Positions 36,997-59,781 of a stretch of DNA of 64,000 nt are shown here, piece by piece. The stretch lies in NCBI GenBank assembly GCA_030704615.1, contig CM060732.1, positions 15,562,001-15,626,000 on the forward strand. Direction: 5' to 3'. The position numbers and the translations under genes were made by a program. The notes beneath the pieces are model-generated. The model had not been told where the DNA came from, searched no databases, and saw nothing but the letters and a program-made list of their open reading frames with translations. Origin of the DNA: Takakia lepidozioides. Taxonomy: Eukaryota > Plantae > Bryophyta. The first letter of the stretch is position 1. Each line of letters starts with the position of its first letter.

Positions 36997-37930
36997 TTAA
37001 TGCAGCACCAAGGCAAGGAGATGTTGCTGGAAGAAGTCATTTTTTTGTGTCAATTCAAGAATACTTTGCCATTCTGTAGAAATTAAGGCCAGGGGGTTAT
37101 GCAAGGGACCTGCATCAACGGAACTTTTCTGAGACATAGAAGGGAACCTGAAATTTGGAGGAGTTTGAGAAGAGGAAGGGATGGAAGAGCGGAATTGAGG
37201 GTCTGTCACCAAATTCTGAAGGCCACCTTTAGATGTGCCCATGAGAGATCCATAGAACTATGCAATGAGCCCGTCCTCCAGATTAGGGTGCACCATCTTC
37301 AAAACTCCAAGCCCACTTTGAATCAAGATTGTAAATGGTGAATGTCTTGCCTTAATGCTGATGGCATTGCACTGTTGTGGGGCCTGCAAGAATATCTGGC
37401 AGATGCATATTCTCACGCGGATTGTGTTTGGCAAACAATATGGAACTACAAATAAATCCCTCGGGCCATTTGTTTTGGACAAATCCATACGCCTTCGCAT
37501 GAAACATGTACCAATAATGGGTTAGGATATCACCTGTCACTTCGAAGATGAGCCAATTAACCACCCTACTAGTCATGACACTTTTGGTACATTTCAATTG
37601 CGCTTTGAGGTTCCCGTGGTAAACTTCAATGGCAACATTAGTATCTTGAGAGACATAGGGAATGTTCCGTGATCTTGTGATCCACATTTTGGCTTTCGAA
37701 AGCCACTCGTTTTCCATGTAGTTGCAGAATTCAATCTCAGAGGGATACTTCTCTCATAGTAATATTATTTATAAACTGCCCATGCTTTATCTGCATCCCC
37801 GGAGGTGGACCTCTTTTGTCATACATGATCTGTGCAAGATCCTGTAATAATCTTTGACCTTCGTCACTACATTCTTTTGCCAAGCTCGCCAAACATGCCA
37901 CAAACACAAGAAAATTACATAGTTTCTCCA
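36997..37930 (-). pseudogene. MULE-type transposase (plant SWIM zinc-finger family) remnant
   Basis: EWLSKAKMW...RNIPYVSQDTNVAIEVYHGNLKA...NWLI...HYWY matches the QDTNAAIESYH motif of plant MULE/SWIM proteins; several stops and frameshifts. Confidence 0.75.
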
Positions 37931-38554
37931 GCCTCTCATTTTTTAATATTAGCGTCTTCAATGCACCTATGGGCCCCGCCAGTACGGCCCATGGGGTGAG
38001 CTCATAAGCCCATCGCCCATTCACCGGGTGGGCTAGATTCTGAAATTCTTCTAAGTCCTTGTTCATCTACCGCGGCGGACTGGGCAGACCCTCTAGCAGA
38101 CCGACTCCAACCGTCAAGCAGACTGACAGACCCTCCAGCAGACTGACGAGCGGACAAACCCTCAAGCAAACCGACGAGCGGACTGGGCACACCCTTGAGC
38201 AGATCGACTCCAACCTTCGAGCAGACTGGCAGACCTTTCCACACAATATGTATTTAATAACAAACATCATTGCACCAGATCAACCTGACAAGATTTGAAC
38301 ATTAAACCTCATGCTTATTACTCGATGCTCTTAACCACCACACTACCCATCGCTTTCTGCAAACCATTGAAATAACTAATGCTTTATTATGTGCATATTT
38401 ATGTGTTTTGTGGGCCCCAGCAGACTAGGGCAGACCGAGCAGACTGGCGGGTCCGGGTATGTGCTCCACCCTCCAGGACCCCTATGGTACGTGCGGGCCC
38501 CGCCGCAGCCACACGCATCGGCATTGAAGACGCTAATATCAAACAATGAGAAGC
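37931..38554 (-). mobile_element. Mutator-like MITE, full-length copy (C)
   Basis: ~33-bp TIRs GCCTCTCATTTTTTAATATTAGCGTCTTCAATGC and GCATTGAAGACGCTAATATCAAACAATGAGAAGC; no TSD, and the two flanks belong to different elements. Confidence 0.75.
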
Positions 38555-38555
38555 T

Positions 38556-39300
38556 ACGTCGCAGAGACCACAGCCTCAATCCTTAATCTTGCCCTGCTCC
38601 TCAATTACAATCAGAGAGAAAAGTCAAAAGCCTCGGACTGCCCAATTTATGAAACCCTCAGATCTGCTACCCTATGGCACTTATGGAAAGCCAGATGTAA
38701 ATGGTCATTGGACTCTCACAACACCTCAGTCACAGCAATCCTTACTCAGGTTTTCTTTGACTTGACCATTGCTGCCAAACACGCATGGGCCCAAATGTGT
38801 GCAGAGATCGCTAGAAGACCCCAACGTCAGTTTGCTCTCTTCGACACCTACCAGGCGACCTGGGGAAGAGACAGACTCATTTGCAGATGCTTTGATTCGA
38901 GCTGGCCTGCAAGAATTCCCATTTCTTGGAGGCATCACTGGGCCTTCATCTTCAACATCCCCGAGTTTGACAAATCGGACATCAATTGGAAACATGTAAA
39001 GGTGGCATCTCGGGCTCGGCTGCACTTTCACGGATAGACACCATCGATTTTGTTGCTTTCTCTTTATCATAACCTCTGAGTCTACTCTGTCTTGCATCCT
39101 TCTATAGGAACTCCTTACTAGCTTAAGTCTCTGATCACTTCCAGGCCATAGAATCGAGTTCTAGTCTCTAGCCTCATGGCAAGCATTGAGGTCGTATGGT
39201 ATCTCCAACACGGTTCTCGTGTGTTAAGCCTCATGGCAGCCTACTGGCATGTAAGGGTTTTAATTTTTTCCCCTGCAATAACTATAAATAAAACTAACAA
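38556..39300 (+). mobile_element. L1-like LINE 3' end remnant
   Basis: TLRSATLWHLWKARCKW matches the WxIWxxRN motif of L1 ORF2 C-termini; 3' UTR ends in the A-rich tail CAATAACTATAAATAAAAC. Confidence 0.6.
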
Positions 39301-39311
39301 GGGCTCCAAAC

Positions 39312-39897
39312 CAGTGTTGGGCGGTTACCCACCGGGACCCAGGTTAACCGCCGGTTCAGGTTCACCGGAACCGGACCCATTCCTACAGAACCTGACCCGG
39401 AACCGGAACCTGCCAATGGGGATCGGCATAGAACCGAACCGGCGGTTCCTGCTGGTGTGAGAATCGACCGGGGCGGGGATAAAAACAGGTTCAGGTTCTT
39501 GAATCCTTGGTGGGCCCTTGGCATAACCTGGAGAACTGGTGGGCCCCATGGCAAAACTTCTTTAATGCTCTCAAGCTCCATGAGTTCCCATTCAATGCTT
39601 GAAGGCCATGACATTCTATGTTCAATGCTTCAACGCCATGAGAACTTGGGTTCAATCTCCAGCTCCATGATATCCTGGCTAAGTTCATTAATGAAAATGT
39701 TAGAAGATGCCAGATAGCTGAATAGTAATTTCAACCCATAAAATGTTACCCATTTTCTTCTACCAGGTTATATTTAGAGTTTTTTTTTTTTTTTTTTGGT
39801 TAGTGAAAACTAATAAAATCGTTGGATTTTAGTTCAAATATGTGAATACATTGCTATTTAATCTCCCAGACTGATAAAATATTTTAAATCCAATTAA

Positions 39898-39937
<40 letters not shown>

Positions 39938-40125
39938 GAACCGGAACCTAACCCGAACCGTGGTTTTTATCAGCAACTAACCGGTAACCGGAACTGCCCC
40001 CATGTTTAAAAGTTGGATCCGGAACCGGCTCAATGAAAAAAAACCGGAACCGGAACCGTCTCTTGAAACAATTGTGGAACCGGAACCGCAGGTTCCTTCA
40101 CAAATTCAAGAACCGCCCAACACTG
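39312..40125. mobile_element. hAT-family MITE (814 bp)
   Basis: Perfect 15-bp TIRs CAGTGTTGGGCGGTT/AACCGCCCAACACTG; perfect 8-bp TSD CTCCAAAC (39304-39311, 40126-40133); (GG)AACCG subterminal repeats. Confidence 0.95.
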
Positions 40126-40633
40126 CTCCAAACCCTTTCACCAAAAAATAAAATAAAATCTTATATCTATATATTTTCGAATAATATGTTTTAAATGCTA
40201 CATAAAAACTTCATTTATATGGAGGAGCAATGATTACGCGACAAGCCGCTTGTTGGTGGCCCTAAGCACAAAATTGTAGCGAAAGAAGGGAATGTCGTCG
40301 AAATTTTGGATGGAGATTTGAAAATCAGCACCCACTACTTATAAGCAGGCAACAGAGAGTGGTCTCGAGTCTTATTAGTCCTCCGTGGCCGTCTGCCTGC
40401 GCGCTCCCGTGCCTTTATTCTAAGTAAAGACATCGTTGAGGAAGGGAATTCGGACGTGCATTGTACGAGTGGATCTGGATTGAGGCAGGCAATTGCATGT
40501 CCTGCACAGTTGGGAGAGAGAAGGATGGAAAGAAAGATTGCATGATTTGTTTTGTTGCGAGGGTGGCAGGAGGAGGAGGATCTGGTCTCAAGGGATAGGC
40601 ACTTGAGTCGGATTTAGAGACAGATAGAAGAGG

Positions 40634-43600
40634 ATGGGATCGGAGGGGGCAAGGCCAGAAGAAGGATTGAGGCTGCGCCGCATTCGCACAAAGCAGAATG
40701 GCTCCATCTCTTTCTCCAGACCAGAAGAGGAAATTGACGGAGAAGAGCCAGTGACACCAGCAGGAAGATTATTTTCTCAGTCTGATATGTGCTGCGTTAT
40801 CATGTGCACTCTGGGGTTTAAGAATCGCATCAATTTGCCAGAGTTTAAAGAGAGTTTGCTGGACACTCTTGTTAATCACAAGCGCTTCCACAGTATCATG
40901 GTAGGTGTCTCATGCTTGGTCCTTTTCTAGCGTAGTTATGTAGCATTTTTAGAATCGCTGTCTTAATTGTATAAGATGGTCGAGCTATATCTCTTTCTCC
41001 CAGAAACTTGATTCGATTTCAATTCACGGACATGCCTACACAATCGCACGGGTCTTTCACACTCTCTTCTGCACCTCTTGCCCCTACTGAGCCATAATGT
41101 CTCTGACATTTAGGCTATCTTTTTGTCCCTACTCACTTCACATTTAACTCCCTTCGCGTCCCTCAAAGGGAGGGTACGTGTTTAGAAAATCTTGAGCAGA
41201 AGATAATTTGTGGAATATATGCAAAGCCCTTGCCACAAGTATTTAATTGGAGCTGATACAGAAGGGGTCCTGGGGCTTAGGTGGATCATCTTGCTTGAAC
41301 CAATGTTTTACCTCGTCTTAAAGTATCTAACTCGGATTTTGAAAGTCGATTAGATGCTGTGACGGGGAATCCCCTGTTTATATACTCATAAGATTGGTAT
41401 GTAATCAAATTTCTATCATGCAAGCAAGATTTCCAAGCAGTTCAGCAAATTCTTGGTGTGAATCAGCTTGCCCAGAAGGCTTATATATCATCAGTCCTCT
41501 GTTTGAACGAGATTTGGGTAAAGTGAATGGATCATACATTTTAAACCTTGTTTCATTGCTCAGAAAACGAGCCTCAACGTTCCACCAGATGTCCAGAATT
41601 GACAGGACCTCAAGATGTAAAGAATATGTACAGTAGAACTACTTGACTACACACTTGTTATCAGAAAGTTACTTTGCATGTCTCCATAAGAGTAAGCTTG
41701 AGATGAGGCTGATTTGCTGTTGGAACTAGTGTTGACAAGCACTGTGGTAGAAGTACATTTCCGATATGAAGTTATGGTTCTACATGATCATTCTTTATGT
41801 GTACAAGTGCTTAGGCTGTTCAGAGGACATTCTAGAAATTCAAAGATCCTGTTGACCGTAGAGTCTCACATACTCCAGTTCATGCCGGAATTACTCGAGC
41901 AGGGATCAAAGAGTGAACTTCTGCTGGTAAGTCTCCGCCTACTGCTGAATCTGGATTGCGCTGTCGTGATGCAGACGAAGAACAAGCGAGGGACAGATGT
42001 CTGGGTGAGCACAGAGGTAGACATCAACGCCCATGTCTTTGAGCCACCAGGCCTCTCCCCTTCGGATATTGTTGCAGCCGGTTTTGCTGAAAAGTATGTT
42101 GCGAAACTCGCAAATGCTCCTCCATTCAACCCGTCACGCCCTCTTTGGGAATGTCATGTGCTGAACGGAACATCTGGGGATGCGGCCGCCCATGCCATTA
42201 TCCGAGTGCATCATTCGTTAGGAGATGGGACGTCTCTCATGTCTCTTTTACTGGCATGCACGCGGCGGGTGGATAGGCCTGACATGCTCCCTTCAATACC
42301 AGCGAAGAAAAGATCTGCAAATGTTCCTTCAGAGATGTTGTCCGCGTGTAAGGTTGATGGTGGAAGAAAGCGCGACATCAAGAAGGGACACTGTCAGGCT
42401 ACTTGGCATGATTGTCTGTTGGGATACATTTTGGAAATGCTTATCATCTTGTGGAATACCATCTTTGGCATCTCCTATTTTCTGGCAACACTTTTTTGGT
42501 TGAGAGACAGTGACACTCCTCTGAAGGGATCTTCGGGTGTGGAGCGACTGCAGAAGCGCCTGGTATTTACCATAATCAATATCGACGATATGCGTTTGGT
42601 GAAAGATGTTATCAATGGGGTATGTCCCATCCTACTTGTAGCTGCAAAGCGCATTATAGACGCTAAGGCACAGTCAAACTATGCAAGCCAAATCCTCCAG
42701 TAAACAGAAGGGAACTTTTTCTGTTCTGGGGGAGGAGCGTCTGTTGTTGAAACAGTAGTACAATTCGTAGTAAACAGTACTGCTCAGCTGGTTTGGATAT
42801 TTAGGTACAGTAAGAGTGACTTGCTTCGTGAGTTGATAGTTGATACCTTTCGTTCTTCCTGCGAAGCCTGACCATTTCCGTTTCTTTTTGTGCATATCCT
42901 TCCTGTAACAAGGGTTTCATTTTTATTCTGGGTTGATTGGAGAACGACTTACCTATTCCGAAAACATAGTTGGGGGCTAATGCAACAGTAGAAGGGTGAT
43001 GGGCGTTGACAGACAGTGAATGATGTCCTCATGGGAATGGTAGCATCAGGCCTTCACCGATATCTGCAGGGTCTGTATAGCCAGGGAACTTCCATCAACC
43101 ATGTTGGTATGTTTCAAGTCTTTACCTATGCCTACATGCACAATTCCTACAAATACAGATAAACACTGTGTACACAGGTGGTAGAGCATACAATTGCATC
43201 CTTACAACTAAAAAACTTTTTTGAGATGGACTTTGATATCAATCTACTGGGGTTCTCGGAATCTTCAAACATACCCATTCAAGCATACTATTGCATTGAT
43301 AAGTTAAATGGGGGATATATTATCTTTGGGGTGTTTCTCGTTGTACCTGAGAGAGTGTTGTGATTGGTTCAAATAGTTCCTGCACACATGAAGTTCTAGA
43401 TTGTCAATTTGAATGCACCAGGATTAGATTGAGAGTATAAGCATTCTGTACATATGAAAGACGTTAATTTACTGTCTTTTCTGCAACTGAAGAAGTGAAG
43501 CAGGAAAATCTTGGAAAAAATGGAGAGTTTAAGGACATGAGGTCGACACTGAGTTCAGCAGGAAAGGTGGTTCCGAATCAACCTGCCAAGGAAGTCTCAA

Positions 43601-44911
43601 AACTGATTTCAAAACTGAAACGACTCAGGATACGAGCAGCAGCCCTGATGAACACCAGAGGATCACCAGGCCTGCAGGTATACCAGCGGTTTTCTTAGCT
43701 TCGAGACATGCATGATATAGATCCCAAGTACAAATGTGATGATGTGGGATTTCTAGATTGCGAATGTTGGAGCAAAGCATTAGGTCTCTTGAAGCTGTTT
43801 TATTGATCTCCAGTCATGGCTATGGTGGTGGGTTACAGGAATTGCAATCGATGATGAAGGGGGGTTCTCAACTACGGTGGGGGAACCACCTGGGCTATTT
43901 GATCATACCCATTCCTCTGACAGACTGTGCTGATCCACTTGATTATGCACGCATGGCCAAGAAAATTGGGGACCGGAAGAAGGCGTCGTTTGAAGGCATG
44001 TTTACGTACTGGAGTGGATCGCTGCTCATGAGACTTGCTGGGTCTTGGGTATGGTCTCAGTTTTTGGTCTGTCAGCTGGTTTAATTGTCCTGTCCACAAG
44101 AGAAGGATTGACTCTGTAGTGCTTTGTGCCCTGTACAAATGTCCGAGCCTTCACCATTGTCTGCCGAAGAACCTGATGAACTGGGCAATGTAGAGCTCTG
44201 GTTGTTGTCAATTGGTTAACTGAGCTGTAAATTCTGGTTTTCTTTTCCAGCTTCATACTATTCACCTCACTAGAAATATACATGGTGTTGTTTTGTTACT
44301 TCAAAAGTGTCTAATATATATGTGTGTCTGGATGCAGCCACCAACAAAGCTCACACGCCAAGCACTACTACAGACCACGTTGACGGTATCAAATGTGCCA
44401 GGTCCCATGGAGCCTGTCATGTTTGGTGGCAACCCTATTGTTTATATCTTCCCAACTGTTTCTGGACACCCACAGGTGAGATGACATTTCATGTGGGTGC
44501 TATTCATTCACAAGAATGGAACAGACAATCATGGAGGCACATGTACTGGTTACTAAACATCACCAAGCTTATCGCTTATCAGAACCAGGAGTTCAGAAAG
44601 TGACATAGTGCATAGGAACAGAGCCACTGTACAATTACACGCCCCAAATGCAATTTCTATTGACAATATCTGGCCCCTTCATGCTGGAGAATAGCTTATA
44701 GGATCAATGTTTTATGGTTTGGGGTACTGATACATGTTGTGTTGGGATACAGTCCCTCTGCATATACTTGCAGAGTTATGTGGGGAAGGCAAGTTTGGTG
44801 GTTATGTCAGCGGAAGACCTCATTCCAGACCCGGAGACCATTGTACATTATTGTGCAGAGGCCCTCCTGGAGATGAAGAACGCGGCCTTATCTGTGAAAG
44901 GCACACAGTGA
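40634..44911 (+). CDS. WSD1: Wax ester synthase/diacylglycerol acyltransferase (WSD family), 7 exons
   Basis: EEPVTPAGRLF, RPLWECHVL, catalytic RVHHSLGDG (HHxxxDG), TVNDVLMG, RWGNHLGY, SNVPGP. Exons 40634-40900, 41975-42619, 43013-43106, 43493-43677, 43839-44048, 44338-44475, 44753-44911. Symbol denotes family, not verified orthology. Confidence 0.92.
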
Positions 44912-45587
44912 GCTCTACTTTCAACCTTTTTGTATTTGTTTCCAGATTATGAAACATTGATAGTGATGCATGATCATCCTTCAGTGAGAAACTGGGCTTA
45001 GATGTTCACCTGTCTGGTGCACTCAACAACACAAATTGATAAATTGTGAGAAAGTGTGCGACCATGTTCACTAGGTGAATGAAGCCAGGTTAGATTACGG
45101 TAGATTGAGGTTGGATTGATATTATCCCTTCCTCGGGGAACCATCTATACATCCTAGGAATGAACTTTGCCATGGGTAATAACTGGTTGCCACTTGCAAC
45201 CCCTTTCGTCACTTGTGGAGTTTTGTTGTACAAATGGATGGCCGGGTGAGTCCTACCTTTGATCATACCGGGTTGCAGAAAAACTGGCTAATTAGATTGT
45301 GAGAAATGAACCCAACAACATCAGAAATTTTCACACCATCCTGTCAATTCATGCAGAGGTAACAAGTGGTGCAATACCAGTTTGAGTTTGAGGTTGTCAA
45401 GAATGTAGGATTCTGCAAATAGATAGTCTTGATCTTTGAAGCACCATGGCGTGCTAATGGATGGTTGAAGGAACATTTTGACGGCTTGAGTCCACTGGAA
45501 ACAATTACAATAGACAGCACTTGAGGAAATTACAGTGTTGAGAGTCCATGCATTGCACAACAAGCACTCCATTCCATAACTGCACTG

Positions 45588-54830
<9,243 letters not shown>

Positions 54831-55591
54831 GGCTTACTCCCAAGCCTTGCTTGCTCATCCCTGGCAATTCAGCATGGCTGGTGAAAAGAAGTAGCCTTTG
54901 AGGTTACTTTGATTGCCACAACGCATTATGAAATCGAAGTATCGGCAAGGGAATCTTGTATGAACAGAAAGCTGCTGTGACAACGCAGACAGCCTCATAG
55001 CATGACGGCTTATGTTACCCCCTAGCATTGCCACATTATAAGGGAAACCTTCATGAGTGGCTCTAGGCTAGCTCAATGTCTCCCGTTGCATTTTTCAGAT
55101 GAATCCTGTACTATCCTCTCTTCCAGTCAGACTGTCCCTCGTACTCTTCCCATCAATCAACGTCTCTCATCACACTATCTCTTTCTCGTTCAACAAGTAA
55201 CTTGAATCTATCATGCGGAAGGAGGATCTGTACAAGAAATTTCAGCTGTCTAAGAGAAGCTACTGCAATAAAAAATACTTAGGAAAGTCTATAAGCTCAT
55301 TTCTATGAGAAGAGCGAACAAATCAATGCGAGGTGCAGGGACACTTTTCCGTATGCCGACAAGTCCACATCTGCGCCTTTAGGTCAGCCAAAGAGAAATA
55401 GAGAGCGAGAGAAAGGATCCGGAGACCTAAACAAGGACGAGGAAAATCGTAAAGAGAGAAGGAGCCGGAGAGGCAGAAATAAAGGAGTGGAGGTACACAA
55501 GCGGTGAGCTCATTCCAGCAATGCTACAGCTTGGAGGAGCTCGCACAGCCCTCCCTTCCTCAGTCAACGATGAACACAACACCAATACAAA

Positions 55592-55599
55592 GCGGGAAA
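55592..55599 (-). promoter_or_regulatory. Consensus E2F site upstream of FIGL1
   Basis: TTTCCCGC on the minus strand, just upstream of the pyrimidine-rich putative 5' UTR; E2F control fits a DNA recombination gene. An 8-mer can occur by chance. Confidence 0.45.
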
Positions 55600-56327
55600 G
55601 TGGACTGTTTCCGGATGAATGTCGTCTAAATTCTCTTGACGCTGCACTACTTCATTCATCACGTTTTCTCATCCACCCATCATCCAACAGATGAAGTGTG
55701 CTCTCATCGTTCTAGAATTACGTTAAAAGATGTTTTTTCCGTACTCTAGAACGATCCCCGAGGAATCATTCCGCCTTGGCAAGGCCAGGAGGCTGAGACA
55801 CTGTTGACGAGGCAGAAGTGACGAGGCAGATGAGCAGAAATGGAAATGGCCCTCAAAAGAGCCGCCCAGGCTGTCGCGGGCCGCCTAGGAGGGCCTTGCA
55901 GGCGAGCCGCTTGGCAGAATGCGCCCCCATGGCAACGCCTATGGTAACTAGGGGGCATATTCACTGAAACCTTCGTAAAATAATTAATTTTTACTGCATC
56001 GCCATTTTTTTATTATGGTTGTAGTTTAGGGAAAGAGAGGAGAAGCTTGGCTTAATTTTTGAGAGTGCTTGTTACATACAAGTGTGAGGTTGCAATTAGG
56101 AGGAAGTACCCAAGATGGGTGAGAATTTGCCAAACTCATTTTTACAAATGCTAGAGGAAGATTCACATTCTTCTTATACTCTTGTCATTGCTCATACACC
56201 CGTTCCTCCTTCCATACTGCACCTTCCATTCTTGCACATGCTCCTCCACCAACTCGGGCTTTGGGAGTTGTGAAGAAAAAAAAAAAAAAAACCATTGGGC
56301 TTGATGTGGACATTGCAGTGGGAGGGA

Positions 56328-56806
56328 GATGGACTGATGCGGCGCTTGCAAACATTTTGGATTTATATGAGGAGGAATGACAACAATGCAACAAAGGCCT
56401 TTTGACAGCGAGGCATTGGCTGCATATTTGTATTGAGCACCAAGACAGATGCCCACTTGAGCTTCGCCGGACAGAGACCCACATCAAGGGCAAAATTGAG
56501 AAGATGAAGCACGAGTACAGTGGATAGAAGACTTTGCCTAGAGAGCAAACAAGTGGTGAAGGCAGCGACTGGCCTTGGTTTCAACGAATGCAAAAGATAG
56601 GAGATGGCCTGTCAGGTGGTTGTGATCAAGGTCGAGCATCATGGGCCAATACAAATGACAGTTTCGGTGTGAACTCTATCCCTGATACCCAATTTGAGGA
56701 CACTCCTACCTCGCCTGTACCTAGCTGCACCCAGCCTCATGTTGACGACACGTCACCACCTATAATTGACATTACAACACCTGAGGAAACGTCAGTGCAA
56801 AGTCCG
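56328..56806 (+). pseudogene. Myb/SANT (trihelix-like) DNA-binding protein remnant, probably PIF/Harbinger ORF1
   Basis: One frame reads RWTDAALANILDLYEEE*..RHWLHI...TETHIKGKIEKMKHEY..*..SDWPWFQRMQKI (two stops); truncated by Gypsy pol. Confidence 0.65.
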
Positions 56807-56809
56807 CTA

Positions 56810-58358
56810 ACATTGGATCAAGGAAAGCTTGGAGAAATACCAAGATGTGATGTCGGAGGATTTACCGAGCAGTTTGTCACCGCGAAGAGGGGTCGACCAC
56901 AGGATAGAGGTGATACCGGGAACGGAGCCGCCTGCCAAGGTGCCGTACCGGTTGAGCCATATGGAGTTGGTGGAGCTAAAAGAACAGCTCAAGGACCTCA
57001 TGGCAAATGGATACATCCGGCCAAGTAAGTCACATTATGGAGCCCCGGTACTATTTGTAGACAAAAAAGATAGGACGTTGCGGATGTGCGTCGATTACAT
57101 GGCTCTAAACAATGTAACTATCAAAAACTTGTACCATTTGCCAAGAATTGACGATCTCTTCGATCGGTTGGTAGGCGCGAAGTATTCAGCCGGATCGATT
57201 TGCGCTCAAGTTACCACCAGATTTGAGTAGCGGAAGGAGATGAGGAAAAGACAGCGTGCAGGTGAGGTTCATATGAGTTCTTTATGATGCTTTTTGGGCT
57301 CACCAACACGTTGGCGACCTTTAGCACACTAATGAATAGTCTCTTCGAGGAGTGGTTAGATGATTTTGTGATCATGTACATCAACGACATCTTGGTGTAC
57401 TCGAAAACAAATGAAGACCACATGGAACACCTCAAAAGGATATTCCAAAAATTGAGAGAAGGGAAGCTCTATGCCAAAGCTTCAAAACGCGAGGGTCACA
57501 AAAGTGGAGTTCCTAGGGCATGTGATTACATAAGATGGGATCAAAATGGATGACAGAAAGGTAAGGGCGAGCTTGGACTGGGAACCTCCGACTTCGGTCC
57601 CGGGAGTGCGATCCTTTCTGGGACTCGCCTCCTACTACCGAAAGTATATTGTAAGGAATTTCGCCAAGATTGCGGGGCTGTTGTCAGACCTCTTGTGTAA
57701 ATCCAAGGTATGGGTGTGGAATACCTTTTGTGGCCAAGCTTGTGCCGAATTGAAGCAGTGGATGGCGGAAGCTCCAATTTTGAAGATCCCGAAATTCGAC
57801 CATATGTTTGAGATTCACACGGATGCATCGGATTTCGAGATTGGGGGTGTGCTAATGCAAGAGGGGCGTCCAATGGCTTATGAAAGTAAGAAACTGAACA
57901 AAGTGGAGTGGCGGTGGAGTGATTCGACCACATGCCAGCAAAACCGGAGCAAGTACAAAAAATAAGCGGGGCTGTTACAACCTTTGCCGATTCTAGAGGG
58001 GTCTTGGGAGAGTGTCTCAATGGATTTCATGACTGTTTTGCCGTTGTCAAAAGGATTCGATGCAATCATGGTGGTGGTGGATAGGTTCAGTAAAATGGGT
58101 CATTTCATCCTCACCAAGAAGACGGCAATGGCGCAGGAGACGGGACGACTTTACTTCGCCCACGTCTTCAAGTTTCATGGACTCCCAAAGGACATTGTTT
58201 CAGATCGCGATCCAAAGTTTACGAGTAAGTTTTGGAGGGCACTTTGGAAGAAAATGGGGATGAGGCTAAAGATGAGCACGGACTTCCGACCTACAACGGA
58301 CGTCCAAACGGAAAGACTGAACTATGTGGTGAAGCAGCTCTTGAAGAATTATGTGTCG
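56810..58358 (+). mobile_element. Ty3/Gypsy pol (RT, RNase H, partial integrase), degenerate
   Basis: [65 protein letters not shown]; frameshifts, plus a deletion near 57918. Confidence 0.95.
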
Positions 58359-59083
58359 TGTCGCGGCCTTTTGTCTTGAGGGCGGGGGGTCGGGACACAA
58401 GAGGGGTTGCCCCTGTGGTGGGGGCAGTGGCAGCAAATAGGAAATGGGGTTGAAACACCTTTGAGTGCCGAAGGCACTCAAAGAGGCGGTGGCGCTCACT
58501 AGGTGGAGCCCCGTAAACCGGGTAGCGGTGGTGGGGGCTCCACGAGGGGTTGTGGTAGCTTAGGGAGTCGTAGTGGGGGTGGCATAGGACTCACCATGAG
58601 GCTGAGGCCTTGTGGTGGGAGTCGTGGGGAGTCTTGGGACTCACCACGGTCCATTGGGGCCGTGGTGGGTGGGCCAAGACTCATCGCGGCTCACCACTGG
58701 GACGATCGAGGGTCTAAGTGGTGGTGCACCAGATTTGGACTGGGATACTTGTAAAACCCCCACGGACACCTACAGAAGTATATATAGGGAGTAGTAACCC
58801 CGAGAACGGTGCAAGCCCGTTGGTGACCAAAAACTAGTGAGTAAGCGTGCGAGCCGGAAAGCGACCAAGGTGTGGGGAGCTATTCCGGACTGCCATCTAC
58901 CAAAGGGAATTTCCACTTAGCCCGACAGGTCGAGGGTCGAGTGGGAGTGTGAGGGGACCGTTATGCCCCGGTGAGCAGCCGAAGCTCCGAGTTGGCCCGG
59001 CGGCCGGTTTGGGAGTTAGGCGCGCGCATCAAAGCGAGTAACTATGACTTGAAGGGGAGTTTACCGAAGTGAGGTGCGCGACA
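58359..59083 (+). mobile_element. Gypsy LTR copy 1
   Basis: TGTCGCG...CGCGACA termini; TATA-like GTATATATAGG near 58780; colinear with 59089-59779; no PPT upstream. Confidence 0.9.
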
Positions 59084-59088
59084 TTGTC

Positions 59089-59779
59089 TGTCATGGCCCT
59101 TCGCCTTGAGGGCAGGGGGTCGGGACACAAAAGGGGCTACCCCTGTGGTATGGGCAGTGGGGCCCAAGGCACTCAAGAAGGCGGAGACGCTCACTAGGTG
59201 GAACCCCGCGCACCGGGTTGCGGTGGGGGTGGCTCCACGAGGGGTGGTGGTAGCTTAGTGGGACTTAGTGGGGATGGCATAGGACTCACCATGGAGCGGA
59301 GACCTTGTGGTGGGAGTCGTGGGGAGTCTTGGGACTCATAACGGTCCAATGGGGCCGTGGTGGGTGGGCCAAGACTTACCGCGACTCACCACCGGGAATG
59401 GAAGGTCTTCGTGGTGGTTCGCCATAAAAGGATGGTGTTGTTTGTGAAACCCCCGCAGACAGTCACAAAAGTATATATAGGGAGTAGTAACCCCGAGAAC
59501 GGTGCCAGCCCGTTGGTGACCAAAAACTAGTGAGTAAGCGTGCCAGCCGGAAAGCGACCAAGGTGTGGGGAGCTGTTCCAGACTGCCAACAACCAAAGGG
59601 AATTTCCACTAGGCCCGAATTGAGAGAGGGTCTTGTGGAGAAGCAAATGAAGACCATTATGTCCCGGTGAGCAGCCGAAGCTCCGAGTTGGCCCGGCGGC
59701 CAGTTTGGGAGTTAGGCGCGCGCATCAAAGCGAGTAACTATGACTTGAAGGGGAGCTTACCGAAGTGAGGTGCGCAACA
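59089..59779 (+). mobile_element. Gypsy 5' LTR copy 2
   Basis: TG...CA ends, followed after 2 nt by the primer-binding site and gag. Confidence 0.92.
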
Positions 59780-59781
59780 CT

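Noticed and set aside
41714-41974. N-terminal part of the 329-aa ORF as WSD coding sequence
   Set aside because: Lies in intron 1; homology and the CAG acceptor place the exon start at 41975.
56534-57028. 164-aa ORF as a novel gene
   Set aside because: Chimeric read-through from the Myb/SANT remnant into an alternative frame of Gypsy pol.
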